Of a stretch of DNA of 41,478 bases, positions 17,828 to 26,898 are shown in pieces. The DNA is taken from the IMG/VR virus record IMGVR_UViG_3300037484_000856, positions 1 through 41,478 of that record. One strand, written 5' to 3'. Position numbers and translations under genes: made by a program. The first letter of the stretch is position 1, and every line of letters starts with the position of its first letter. The notes below the pieces were generated by a model. That model saw only the letters and a program-made list of their open reading frames with translations. It was not told the origin of the DNA and did no database searches. Source of the DNA: a virus. Lineage: Duplodnaviria > Caudoviricetes.

Positions 17828-18010
17828 ATGAGCAAGCGAAAGTCACAGGTTGAGCGCGCGGTCGAGGCGCTCGAGGAGAAGCGGGCGGCCATCCTGACGA
17901 AGGCCAACACCGAAGCGGGCGCGCTCCAGCAGGCGATCCAAGAGCTGAAGAGTCAGGTCGTCAAGCGCGTGAAGAAGACGCGCCCTGAGGCCAGCCAGGC
18001 CAATCCTTAG
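17828..18010 (+). CDS. Hypothetical coiled-coil protein
   Basis: GGAGG RBS before ATG 17828. Confidence 0.6.
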   Translation: MSKRKSQVERAVEALEEKRAAILTKANTEAGALQQAIQELKSQVVKRVKKTRPEASQANP

Positions 18011-18019
18011 GACTAGGAA

Positions 18020-18850
18020 ATGGCACGCGGCCGGATGATTTCGAAGTCCTTGAGCACGTCCGAAAAACGCGCGGCGCTGCACCGTGCCGCGGGTCCACTC
18101 GCGGAGTTTTCTCAAGGGCTCTACCCCCTCCTGATCGTCCACGCCGACGACTTCGGGAGGCTCCAAGGTGACCTGTTCACGGTGCAGCATGTGGTCGATC
18201 CAAGTTCACCGCGACAGGTTAACGACTTCAGGGTCGCTCTCACGGCTCTCGACACGGTTGGTTTGATCCAGTGGTACGAAGTCGAGGGTCGTCAATTCGT
18301 GCAAATCGTTGACTTTGAAGCACATCAGGTAGGGTTACATAAGCGAACAGCGTCCCGTATTCCTGGAAACTCCGGGAAGTTCCCGGAAGTTCCGTGCCAA
18401 GAGAAGAGAAGAGAAGGGAAGAGAAGGGAAGAGAAGGGAACTAAGGATAGCTCGGAGCCGAAAATGCCGGCCTCCGAGCCGACGGCCGAGATCGAAGTCT
18501 TCCCGACGGTCGGCGGCGGCGCGTTTGTGCTCCCTGAACCACAGGCCGAGGAGCTTACAGCGCTCTTCCCCACGCTCGACGTCGCGCAGGAACTGCGGAG
18601 TGCGAAGGCGTGGCTCGTCGCGAACCCCACGAAGCGTAAGACCGCCAAGGGTATGCCGAAGTTCCTCACGGCCTGGTGCACGCGGAGCACGAGCCAACAG
18701 CGTAGCACCGGCGGGCAGCCCGCACGGACGAGCAGTGAGACACAGCCAGTGTTCGAACCCTGGTCGTGTCCGCACCTCGAGGAGCATCTCGGGCGGTACG
18801 CCTGCGCCATCGCTACGAAACTTCATCGCGCTAGGAGGCCAGGCCTGTGA
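18020..18850 (+). CDS. Phage replication initiator (replisome-organiser type)
   Basis: MARGRMI..., HADDFGRL, EKRREGKRREEKG linker, C-terminal AWLVANPTKRKT.KGM.KFL.AW. Confidence 0.72.
   Translation: MARGRMISKSLSTSEKRAALHRAAGPLAEFSQGLYPLLIVHADDFGRLQGDLFTVQHVVDPSSPRQVNDFRVALTALDTVGLIQWYEVEGRQFVQIVDFEAHQVGLHKRTASRIPGNSGKFPEVPCQEKRREGKRREEKGTKDSSEPKMPASEPTAEIEVFPTVGGGAFVLPEPQAEELTALFPTLDVAQELRSAKAWLVANPTKRKTAKGMPKFLTAWCTRSTSQQRSTGGQPARTSSETQPVFEPWSCPHLEEHLGRYACAIATKLHRARRPGL
18365..18440. repeat. Candidate replication origin: iteron-like repeats plus purine tract
   Basis: GGAAACTCC, GGAAGTTCC, GGAAGTTCC at 10-bp period, then a pure-purine AAGAG/AAGGG run at 18399-18440, inside the initiator gene. 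Confidence 0.5.
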
Positions 18851-18984
18851 CGATCGGGGCGTGGATCGGGTTCGGCATCGGCGCGGTCTTCGCGGCCTGG
18901 CTCTTCTGGCACCTTCGGCCGACGCCAAGTGAACGCGCTGCCTGGGAGTATCTGAAGAAGTTCGATCGGGAGCACCGGCGGTGA
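18847..18984 (+). CDS. Small membrane protein, 45 aa (not in the ORF track)
   Basis: GTGA overlaps at both ends; MTIGAWIGFGIGAVFAAWLFWHLR... Confidence 0.5.
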   Translation: MTIGAWIGFGIGAVFAAWLFWHLRPTPSERAAWEYLKKFDREHRR

Positions 18985-19187
18985 CGTCGTGCGCGTTCCA
19001 ACCCTGCAGTGAGGCAACCGCATGTTGCCTACGGGACACCGGCGGCTGTCTTCAGCGTCGGTTCGGCACGGCGGAGGGCTGGGCGGGCGCGAACTCGAAA
19101 CTCCGCGCGCTGAACGGGACGAAGCCCGCGCGGACGAACCGCGACCCGCGTTTCATCAAGCGGCCACGAAAGGCGATCACGAAATGA
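18981..19187 (+). CDS. Hypothetical protein
   Basis: GTGA and ATGA overlaps with neighbours. Confidence 0.4.
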   Translation: MTSCAFQPCSEATACCLRDTGGCLQRRFGTAEGWAGANSKLRALNGTKPARTNRDPRFIKRPRKAITK

Positions 19188-19408
19188 GTGTGCGCTCTGG
19201 GCTCGGGGTGTGCGTGAAAGAGCTTGCCATCGACTCAGCCGAGAGCCCTCTCACTGGCGGGCGCTGGGGCGTGTTCCTCGGGAACGACACCGGCACGATG
19301 GTGTTACTCGGCGAGGGGATCACGCGCCCGATCGCGCTCGAGCTGGCCTCGCGGCTCCTGCTCGACCTGAAGGGGCTCGTTGATCAACTGCACGAGGAGA
19401 TCGGATGA
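19184..19408 (+). CDS. Hypothetical protein
   Basis: ATGA overlaps at both ends. Confidence 0.5.
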   Translation: MSVRSGLGVCVKELAIDSAESPLTGGRWGVFLGNDTGTMVLLGEGITRPIALELASRLLLDLKGLVDQLHEEIG

Positions 19409-20181
19409 GCGACGTCTGCGACGCGATGGCAAGGCTGACGAGTCTCGTGAGCGGTCAATCGCCGGATTCCATGATGGCGTTCGTTCACCCCGGCGCTCCG
19501 GTGTCGAAGTCGCGCGCGCGGATGGGAAAAACAAGTTTTTACACACCCACGAAAACCGGCGATGCGCAAAAAGATCTCGCGTGGAGGTTTCAGATTACGA
19601 AGAGGGGCGCGCCGGCGCTCTCCTGTAACGTCGCGATTATTGCGGTGTTCTATCGGCCGAATCTTCAGCGTATCGATACCGACAACCTCATGAAGCTCGT
19701 TCTCGACGCTGGCACGCAGGCCGGTGTGTGGCGAGACGACTGCCAAGTCTCAGCGCATGCGGCGCTCATTGAGCTTGACGCAAAGAACCCGCGCACCGTG
19801 GTCGCGTGGTGCCCCTACGTGAGCACGCTCGTTCGCGCGCCAATCACGCGAATCTGTCAGCGGTGCGGGAAGGAATACGAACGTCCAGCGTGGTCGAAGA
19901 CGGGGCTGAGTTTCTGTTCTGGGCCATGTGCTCAGGCTCGGCGTCTGGTTGCGGCGACTTGTCCACGATGCGATCAGTCGTTCCAACGGCGAGCAGCAGG
20001 GCAAGTGTATTGCTCGATGGCCTGTCGGAACGCAAGCCGGGGGAAGCGTTTACCGAACGGCGAACAGCGGCCGCCGGCGACCTGCGAGAAGTGTGGAGGT
20101 CTCGTCTCGAAACGTGGATATCGACAGTGCCGCGCGTGTCGAGGTTACGGGCGTCCAGCGAAGGAGAGAACCCCATGTTGA
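19405..20181 (+). CDS. rusA: RusA-family Holliday junction resolvase with C-terminal Zn-finger repeats
   Basis: PVSKSRAR..YTP..T, RIDTDNLMKLVLDA, WRDDCQV; then several CxxC / CSxxC pairs. Confidence 0.78.
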   Translation: MSDVCDAMARLTSLVSGQSPDSMMAFVHPGAPVSKSRARMGKTSFYTPTKTGDAQKDLAWRFQITKRGAPALSCNVAIIAVFYRPNLQRIDTDNLMKLVLDAGTQAGVWRDDCQVSAHAALIELDAKNPRTVVAWCPYVSTLVRAPITRICQRCGKEYERPAWSKTGLSFCSGPCAQARRLVAATCPRCDQSFQRRAAGQVYCSMACRNASRGKRLPNGEQRPPATCEKCGGLVSKRGYRQCRACRGYGRPAKERTPC

Positions 20182-20834
20182 AACGACGAAAGAAAATAAA
20201 AGGCGCGAAGCGGATCGCCTACCAGCTCATCGAACCCGACAGCCAGGTTGGGCAACCCATGTATCGGCTCCTCGCCGAGCTCGTCGAGCAGCACCACGAG
20301 GAGATCACCGACGCGCGCATCGCGCTCGCCTGGTGCACGTCGTGGCGGCCCGACGTCGACGGCCGCGTCACGCTCGGGAAGTGCAAGAAAGCCTCGGACC
20401 TCGACCGCGAGCTCCAGGCGTGCGACGTCGTCATCCTCTTGAGCAAGTTCTGGTGGCAGGACCTGGCGGTGTCCGCGGCGCAACGCGCGGCGCTGCTCGA
20501 TCACGAGCTCATGCACGTGACGGTGAAGCTCGACGACCGCACGCACGAGCCGACGTACGACGAGCGCGGCCGCAAGGTGTACCGCACGCGGAAACACGAC
20601 CTCGAGGAGTTCGAGGCGGTGGTCGCGCGGCACGGCTGTTACAAGCGCGACCTCGAGTCGTTCGCGAAGACACTGCTCGAGAAGGCGGCGACGGAGCCGT
20701 TCGCGGCGTGCGACGCGTGCACGGCGTCGCCTGGGTGGGTGCCGGCCACGTTGCGCGATGGCACTCCAGGCGTGACGCGCTGCGCCTGCTACACGAGCTG
20801 GTCGGCGCGGCGGCGCGAGGCGCTGGCGTCGTGA
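20175..20834 (+). CDS. Putative phage metallopeptidase
   Basis: LGKCKK, ALLDHELMH (HExxH), KHDLEEF.AVVARHG; AAGGAG RBS. Confidence 0.75.
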   Translation: MLKRRKKIKGAKRIAYQLIEPDSQVGQPMYRLLAELVEQHHEEITDARIALAWCTSWRPDVDGRVTLGKCKKASDLDRELQACDVVILLSKFWWQDLAVSAAQRAALLDHELMHVTVKLDDRTHEPTYDERGRKVYRTRKHDLEEFEAVVARHGCYKRDLESFAKTLLEKAATEPFAACDACTASPGWVPATLRDGTPGVTRCACYTSWSARRREALAS

Positions 20835-20967
20835 GGAGCTACGACGACCACCAGGTCGAAGCGCGCGAGGTGACGTGGCTGTGCTGCAAGCGGACGGTCT
20901 ACGCCACGAATCCGGCGGTCGGGTGCATCGCGTGTCCAGTGGTGAAGATTTTCAAAGGAGTGAAGCG

Positions 20968-21189
20968 ATGCCAGTCACGAAGCAGAACGTCGACGACGTG
21001 TTCACCTACCACGCACCGGACCTCGAACAGCAGGCCGCGCTCACGCACGTTCGGCAGTCGGCGAAGGAGCTCGCGAAGACCATGCTCGACCACGTGCCGG
21101 CCTGCGCGGACCAGCAGGCGGCGCTCCGGCTGCTCCGTGAGGCGGTGATGACAGCGAACGCTGCGATCGCGCTCAAGGGCGCCGTATGA
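20968..21189 (+). CDS. Acb2/Tad1-like helical hairpin protein
   Basis: FTYHAP..EQ....VR..AKELA......P....AL..L.EAVM.ANAAIA; AAGGAG RBS. Confidence 0.65.
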   Translation: MPVTKQNVDDVFTYHAPDLEQQAALTHVRQSAKELAKTMLDHVPACADQQAALRLLREAVMTANAAIALKGAV

Positions 21190-21235
21190 CCGGACGCGAG
21201 CGGCCCGTCGCCCTCCGCCCACGGGAGGACACGCG

Positions 21236-21499
21236 ATGAAGGCTGATGACTACGACTTGGCCGATCTCGGAATCACAAAGGTGGGCACTTTTACAGCCGA
21301 TGGAGGCGCCGACGGCTGGCACTTCGACGTGGAGCACTTGGCTGTTCCGCTGCCGCGCTGGCTGTTACGGGAGCCCCTCTTCGTAGTGCTGGGGCTGGAG
21401 GTTTACGTGCGTGGGATGCATTCCAAGCAGTTGTCGATGGCGCGCAGGCAGGCACTGGGTCGCGAGGGGATGATACGGATTCTGTCTGGAGGCGACTGA
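21236..21499 (+). CDS. Hypothetical protein, lower GC
   Basis: GGAGG RBS; 87 aa. Confidence 0.5.
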   Translation: MKADDYDLADLGITKVGTFTADGGADGWHFDVEHLAVPLPRWLLREPLFVVLGLEVYVRGMHSKQLSMARRQALGREGMIRILSGGD

Positions 21500-21801
21500 T
21501 GACGCGCTCTAAAGTAGAGCGATCTCGGTCACGCGCCCGCCTGGGATAGCCCCTCTGGCTGGCGAGGCGCCGCCAGGATTCACGAATCGTCGAGCGGCCC
21601 CTGGTAACCTACCTCCGTGCCCTCTGAACGCCGCACAGGCCCGCCTACGCGGTGCGGTTGCCGGTGTCCCTGGTGCCACCGCCCGATCGCCCGGTTCGGC
21701 GTTGTCGTCGGGGCCCGGCACGGCCTGGTCGTGAAGCGCTGCCCCTGCGGCGCGGAGAAGGTCGGCCGCACCTGGCACGCGCCAGTAAGTCCGCTAACCA
21801 G

Positions 21802-21829
21802 TTGACAATAGACGCCTAGAGAGCAGACT
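21802..21829 (+). promoter_or_regulatory. Possible late promoter
   Basis: Perfect TTGACA with a weak -10 (CAGACT at 16 bp), just upstream of terS. Confidence 0.35.
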
Positions 21830-21841
21830 ATTCACGCAGAC

Positions 21842-22162
21842 GTGCGTCAAAAGACTGGCGGCCGCACCGCGGGTACCCCGAACAAGTCGACGGCAGAGCT
21901 CAAGGCGTTCCTGGCGCGCGTCTTCGACAAAGTCCTGCGCGACCCTGAGTTCGAGCGGCGCCTGATCAGCGAGATCGTCGAGTGCCGGATCGAGTCGGTA
22001 CTCTTCAAGACGCTCCTGGCGTACTACGCCGGGGCCCCACCGAAGCAGCACGAGCACACGCACCGTGGCCGCGTCACCCTCGAGCAGATCGTGGCCGGCA
22101 CCGTCCCGGATGGCGACGACGAGGACGCGCTCACCCCCGACGCGGAGGGCGGTGTCCATTGA
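21842..22162 (+). CDS. terS: Terminase small subunit
   Basis: KTGGRTAGTPNK motif; directly upstream of terL. Confidence 0.65.
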   Translation: MRQKTGGRTAGTPNKSTAELKAFLARVFDKVLRDPEFERRLISEIVECRIESVLFKTLLAYYAGAPPKQHEHTHRGRVTLEQIVAGTVPDGDDEDALTPDAEGGVH

Positions 22163-23667
22163 GACTCGCCGCGGCGCTCCTCCTGGGGCTCCTCGTGGGT
22201 GACGCCCACCTGGCCGCCGCGAAGCTCGCCAGTTACCGCGAGCTCCCGTACGGCGCCTGTCGCTTCGCGCAGGACCAGTTCGGATTCGTAGGCGACACCT
22301 GGCAGGAGCAGGCGCTCGTCGCGTTCGCCGACCCGAAGATCCCACGCATCAGCCTGCAGGCCTGCGCTGGTCCTGGGAAGACCGCCGTCGAGGCGATCTG
22401 CGGCTGGTACTTCCTCGGCACGCAATGCACGCCAGGCGAGCACCCGAAAGGCCTGTGCACCTCGGTCACCGGCGAGAACCTCCGCGACAACCTGTGGGCC
22501 GAGTTCTCGAAGTGGCAGCAACGCTCCGAGTACCTCATGCACGCGTTTCGGTGGACCGCGCAGCGCATCTTCGCGGCCGACCACCCTGAAACCTGGTTCT
22601 TCTCCCCGCGGAAGTGGCCGAAGACCGGCAACGCGGATGAGCAGGGCGCGACGTTCTCGGGCCTGCACTCGCAGAACGTCTGCGTGATCGTCGACGAGAG
22701 CGGCGCGATCCCGCCGACGGTGCTCCGCGCGGCCGAGCAGGCGCTGGCGAACACGACGTTCGGGAAGATCCTGCAAGGCGGCAACCCGATCTCGCTCGAG
22801 GGGATGCTCTACGCCGCGGCGAACCACCTGCGCGCGCAGTGGTTCATCATCCGCGTCACGGGTGATCCCGACGATCCACACCGCTCGCCGCGCATCGACC
22901 TCACGTGGGCGCGCGAGCAGATTGCGACCTACGGGCGCGACAACCCGTGGGTCATGTCCTACATCCTCGGGCAGTTCCCGCCGACCTCGCTCAACGCGCT
23001 CCTCGGCATCGAGGACGTGCAGGCGGCGATGGCGCGCAGCCCGCTCGACCGGATGCTCTACAGCCACATGCAGAAGCGCATCGGCGTCGACGTCGCGCGC
23101 TTCGGCGACGACCGCACGGTGCTCTTCCCACGGCAAGGCCTGCAGGCGTTCAACCCGACCGTCATGCGCGGCGCGATCACGAACGACATCGTCGCGCGGA
23201 TCATGGAAGCGAAGCGGAAGTGGGGCAGCGAGCTCGAGCTGATCGACAACTCGTTCGCCTGGGGCAACGGCGTCGTGGACAACCTGACCGTCGCCGGCCA
23301 ATCACCGCACGCCGTGAACTTTGCCGGCAAGGCCGTCGACCCGCGGTACAAGAACCGACGCGCCGAGGGCTGGATCAAGATGGCTGACGCGATCAAGGCC
23401 GGCGCTGGGTTACCACCGTCGGGTAAGCACTCCGCGCAACTCGTGGCCGAGCTCACGACGCCGACGTACACGTTCCACAACGGCCAGTTCCAACTCGAAG
23501 AGAAGGACCAGGTCAAGAAACGCCTCGGTCGCTCACCGGACCTGGCCGACGCGCTCGCGCTGACCTACATGCTGCCGGACCTGCCCGGGCAACTCCTCGG
23601 CCACTTGAGCCAAGGCTCGCTCGGCCACGCCATCACCGAGTACGACCCGTATGCGAGGACACCATGA
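22159..23667 (+). CDS. terL: Terminase large subunit (start approximate)
   Basis: Walker A ACAGPGKT, Walker B VIVDE, GGNP coupling motif, nuclease GVDVARFGDD and SPDLADAL. Confidence 0.92.
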   Translation: MRLAAALLLGLLVGDAHLAAAKLASYRELPYGACRFAQDQFGFVGDTWQEQALVAFADPKIPRISLQACAGPGKTAVEAICGWYFLGTQCTPGEHPKGLCTSVTGENLRDNLWAEFSKWQQRSEYLMHAFRWTAQRIFAADHPETWFFSPRKWPKTGNADEQGATFSGLHSQNVCVIVDESGAIPPTVLRAAEQALANTTFGKILQGGNPISLEGMLYAAANHLRAQWFIIRVTGDPDDPHRSPRIDLTWAREQIATYGRDNPWVMSYILGQFPPTSLNALLGIEDVQAAMARSPLDRMLYSHMQKRIGVDVARFGDDRTVLFPRQGLQAFNPTVMRGAITNDIVARIMEAKRKWGSELELIDNSFAWGNGVVDNLTVAGQSPHAVNFAGKAVDPRYKNRRAEGWIKMADAIKAGAGLPPSGKHSAQLVAELTTPTYTFHNGQFQLEEKDQVKKRLGRSPDLADALALTYMLPDLPGQLLGHLSQGSLGHAITEYDPYARTP

Positions 23668-23903
23668 GCCTCGTCGGCGTGAACGGGCAACCGCTCTCCG
23701 CGCGCAAGGTGCGCACCTCGGTTGAGCAGCAACAGATCGCGATGCGCCTGTTGACGACGGCGTTCTCGGCGTTCCTGAACCTGACGCTCTGGGGCCGCGT
23801 GAAGTGGTTGTGCTTCGGGGCGAACGCGTTCAAGCCGACGGCGTCCCTAGCCGAGCAGTTCAAGGCCGAGCGAGACGCGATCGAGGAGCGCGACGCGTCA
23901 TGA
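23664..23903 (+). CDS. Hypothetical protein
   Basis: GAGGA RBS; ATGA overlaps. Confidence 0.55.
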   Translation: MSLVGVNGQPLSARKVRTSVEQQQIAMRLLTTAFSAFLNLTLWGRVKWLCFGANAFKPTASLAEQFKAERDAIEERDAS

Positions 23904-24112
23904 ACGCACCCGAGCGGTGCGGCACGTGTCGGTTCTTCGTGAAGGACGAGGACGAGGACGAGGCCCTCGACGCCGGCCGATGCCGCCGCAACCCGCCGCA
24001 GGCCCTGTACGTCGGCGACGACCGCACGCTCCTTGATATTCGCTCGGTGTTTCCTGAAGTAAACGAGCGCCAGTGGTGCGGTGAGTTCAGCGCGCGCGAG
24101 GCCTCGTCATGA
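23900..24112 (+). CDS. Small four-Cys metal-binding protein
   Basis: CGTCRFF...GRCRRNPP...FPEV....WCGEF; GAGGAG RBS. Confidence 0.6.
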   Translation: MNAPERCGTCRFFVKDEDEDEALDAGRCRRNPPQALYVGDDRTLLDIRSVFPEVNERQWCGEFSAREASS

Positions 24113-24534
24113 TCCGCAGGGCCACCGTCGAGGACACCGACGCGATCGTGCAGATGGGCGCACGCTTCCTCGCGGACGGGCCGTACGGTCGCGCCACGGC
24201 GGACCAGCACGCGCTCGACACCTTCGTGCGGTACCTGCTCGAGTACGGGTACGTGACGTGCTCCGCGCACGGGATGCTGCTCGGCCAGTCCTTCCTGAAC
24301 CCGATCACCGCCGAGATGACGGCCGCCGAGATCGCCTGGTGGGTGGACCCCGAGCACCGCCGTGGATCGCATGACGCGCTCCGGTTGTTCACGGCGTTCG
24401 AAGCCTGGGCCGCGCGTCAGGGCGCGCGGGCGATCCAGGTGATTGCGCCGGTCGGAACGTCGCTCGGGCACCTGTATGCCAGGCGCGGGTACCGCGAGCT
24501 CGAGACGATCTGGCAGAAACGGCTGGCGGCCTGA
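24109..24534 (+). CDS. GNAT-family acetyltransferase
   Basis: MIRRATVED, WWVDPEHRRG, LYARRGY. Confidence 0.78.
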   Translation: MIRRATVEDTDAIVQMGARFLADGPYGRATADQHALDTFVRYLLEYGYVTCSAHGMLLGQSFLNPITAEMTAAEIAWWVDPEHRRGSHDALRLFTAFEAWAARQGARAIQVIAPVGTSLGHLYARRGYRELETIWQKRLAA

Positions 24535-24788
24535 TGGGGACAAGTATCCGCGCGCTCGGCGGGATGTTCGGCACCGCGAAGAGCGCCCGGCACGCGCTGG
24601 TGCCTGGGCTCACAGGGACGGCTGACGCCGTCGCGCCGCTCGGGTCTGACCAGCCGAGCGCCACCCCCGGCGTGACGGGCGGGATGCTCGGCGCGATGTT
24701 CGCGCGCGCGCGAGTTCGCGCGAACGTCACGAAGCGGCCTGGCGTCGCGACGACGTACACGCGGCCGCCGACCGGGGGCACGTACTGA
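24534..24788 (+). CDS. Hypothetical protein upstream of portal
   Basis: TGATG coupling at both ends. Confidence 0.5.
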   Translation: MGTSIRALGGMFGTAKSARHALVPGLTGTADAVAPLGSDQPSATPGVTGGMLGAMFARARVRANVTKRPGVATTYTRPPTGGTY

Positions 24789-26536
24789 TGGCGAACCTCC
24801 CGGGCACCCTCAGCGGGTTGACACGTCGCCAGCAGTACGAACAGACCGCGGCGCAACTCATCAGCGAGCGCGCGTCGTTCGATGCGCACTGGCGCGAGCT
24901 CTCGGAGTACTACTCGCCGGTGCGCTCGCGGTTCACGACCAGCGACCGCAACCGCGGCGATCGGCGCTCGGGCAGCATCATCGACAGCGAGCCGCTCTTT
25001 GCGGCGGAGACCCTCAAGTCCGGCCTGCACGCGGGGATCACGTCGCCGGCGCGGCCGTGGTTCCGGCTCACGACGGGCGACCTCGCGCTCGCCGAGCGCG
25101 CGAACGTGAAGCAGTGGCTCCATGTCGTCACGCAGCGCCTCCATGAGGTCTTCCTGCGCTCGAACCTCTACAACGGATTGCCCGTGCTGTACCACGACAC
25201 CGGCATCTTCGCGACCGGCGCGATGTCGATGCTCGAGGACGACGAGGACGTCACGCGCGTCTACAACTACCCGATCGGGAGCTACGCCATCGGGCTCGAC
25301 GCGCGCAACGTGGCGACGACCTTCGTCTACCAATACCGGCGCACCGTGCGCCAACTGATCGCGGAGTTCGGGCGGCCGGACACGCCCCGCGGGCCGATTG
25401 ACTGGCGGCGCTTCTCAACGGTGGTCAAGTCCTACTACGACCAGGGCCAGCTCGAGACCGCGATCGAGGTGATCTGGTTCGTCACGCCGAACGACGAGTA
25501 CGACCCGAGCCGCCTCGAGGCGACGTACGCGATGCGGTGGAAGTCCTGTCACTTCGAGAAGGACCGCCGCGACGCAGAGTTCGAGGGCGGCCGCACCGGC
25601 TTCCTGCGCGAGAGCGGGTTTCGGCGCTTCCCGATCTTCGTGCCGCGGTGGAGCACCACCGGCGAGGACACGTACGGGACGAGCAGCCCGGGCATCATTG
25701 CGCTCGGCGACGTCAAGCAACTGCAGTTCATGCAGAAGAAGAAGGCGAAGGCGATCGACAAAGCGATCGACCCGCCACTCGTCGGGCCGCCGAACCTGAA
25801 GAACCAGAAGGTCTCGCTCAACCCGGGCGACATCACGTACAGCGAGACGCTCGACCGGAACACCGGGCTCCGCCCGATTCACGACACGCGCCTCGAGGGC
25901 ATCCGCGAGCTCACCGCCGACATGGCCGAGACTCGCGACCGGATCGCGCGCGCGTTCTTCGTCGACCTCTTTCTGATGGTGTCGCGGATGTCGCAGACGC
26001 AACCCATCACGGCGGAAGAGGTGCGCGTGCGCCAGGAGGAAAAACTCTCGACGCTCGGGCCCGTGACGGAGCGGTTCAACGACGACCTGCTCGACCCGAT
26101 GATCGACCGCGGATTTGACATCCTGCTCGCCGCGGGCGCGATTCCCGAGCCGCCCGAGGAGCTCCTGGGCGTCGAGCTCAAGGTCGAATACCTCTCGATC
26201 ATGGCGCAGGCGCAGAAGGCGAACGGCGTGCAGGGGCTCGATCGCTTCCTGACGACCATCGTGGGGATGGCCGAGCACTTCCCCGAGGCGCTGGACAAGG
26301 TCGACGCCCTCCAGGTCGTCGACGTGTACGGCGACAAGCTCGGGATCGACCCGAACATCGTGCGCAGCGACGAAGACGCCATGGCCCGCGTGCAGGCTCG
26401 GCAGCAGGCGCAGGCGGCCGCCGAGCAGGCGGAGCAGGTCAAGGCCCTCAGCCAGAGCGCGCAGGCGCTCGGACAGACGCCCATGCAGGGCGGCAGGACG
26501 ACGGCGCTCGATGCCGTGATGGCAGGGGCCGCGTGA
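24788..26536 (+). CDS. Portal / head-tail connector (T7 gp8 / BPP-1 type)
   Basis: GITSPARPWFRL, PRW...GEDTYG.SSPG..ALGDVKQLQ, TAEEV..RQEEKL..LGP. Confidence 0.92.
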   Translation: MANLPGTLSGLTRRQQYEQTAAQLISERASFDAHWRELSEYYSPVRSRFTTSDRNRGDRRSGSIIDSEPLFAAETLKSGLHAGITSPARPWFRLTTGDLALAERANVKQWLHVVTQRLHEVFLRSNLYNGLPVLYHDTGIFATGAMSMLEDDEDVTRVYNYPIGSYAIGLDARNVATTFVYQYRRTVRQLIAEFGRPDTPRGPIDWRRFSTVVKSYYDQGQLETAIEVIWFVTPNDEYDPSRLEATYAMRWKSCHFEKDRRDAEFEGGRTGFLRESGFRRFPIFVPRWSTTGEDTYGTSSPGIIALGDVKQLQFMQKKKAKAIDKAIDPPLVGPPNLKNQKVSLNPGDITYSETLDRNTGLRPIHDTRLEGIRELTADMAETRDRIARAFFVDLFLMVSRMSQTQPITAEEVRVRQEEKLSTLGPVTERFNDDLLDPMIDRGFDILLAAGAIPEPPEELLGVELKVEYLSIMAQAQKANGVQGLDRFLTTIVGMAEHFPEALDKVDALQVVDVYGDKLGIDPNIVRSDEDAMARVQARQQAQAAAEQAEQVKALSQSAQALGQTPMQGGRTTALDAVMAGAA

Positions 26537-26898
26537 ACGAGGAACCGATCCAGACGAACGCGGCCGACCCCGAGCAGATCGCGCTCGGCCAGCGCTCGTC
26601 CAAGGACGAGACCAAGGCGACGGGCGGGCGGTGGCGCCTACAGCTGTCGACCTATGAGGGCCGACGGTTCCTGTGGGACGAAATCCTCGCCGACGGGTTC
26701 CTCTTCGCGCATATCGAGAGCGAGGAGACGCAGAAGCTCGGCGTGCGGAACCGGGCGCTCAAGTGGTGGGCGCGCAGTCAGGAGTTCCCCGACCTCTTCC
26801 TGCAGATGCAGGGCGAGGCCATGAAGCGTGAGAGCACCACGAGACGCACGCGCCGATCCGAGCGTGCGATCGCCACGGACGGAGAGAAGACCGTATGA
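26533..26898 (+). CDS. Bbp19-like protein
   Basis: STYEGRRFLW...G.RN motif between portal and scaffold. Confidence 0.6.
   Translation: MNEEPIQTNAADPEQIALGQRSSKDETKATGGRWRLQLSTYEGRRFLWDEILADGFLFAHIESEETQKLGVRNRALKWWARSQEFPDLFLQMQGEAMKRESTTRRTRRSERAIATDGEKTV

Noticed and set aside
20831-21148. Cys-rich ORF starting at GTG 20831
   Set aside because: It has a GTGA overlap but runs deep into the better supported 20968-21189 gene in another frame; not supportable without homologues.
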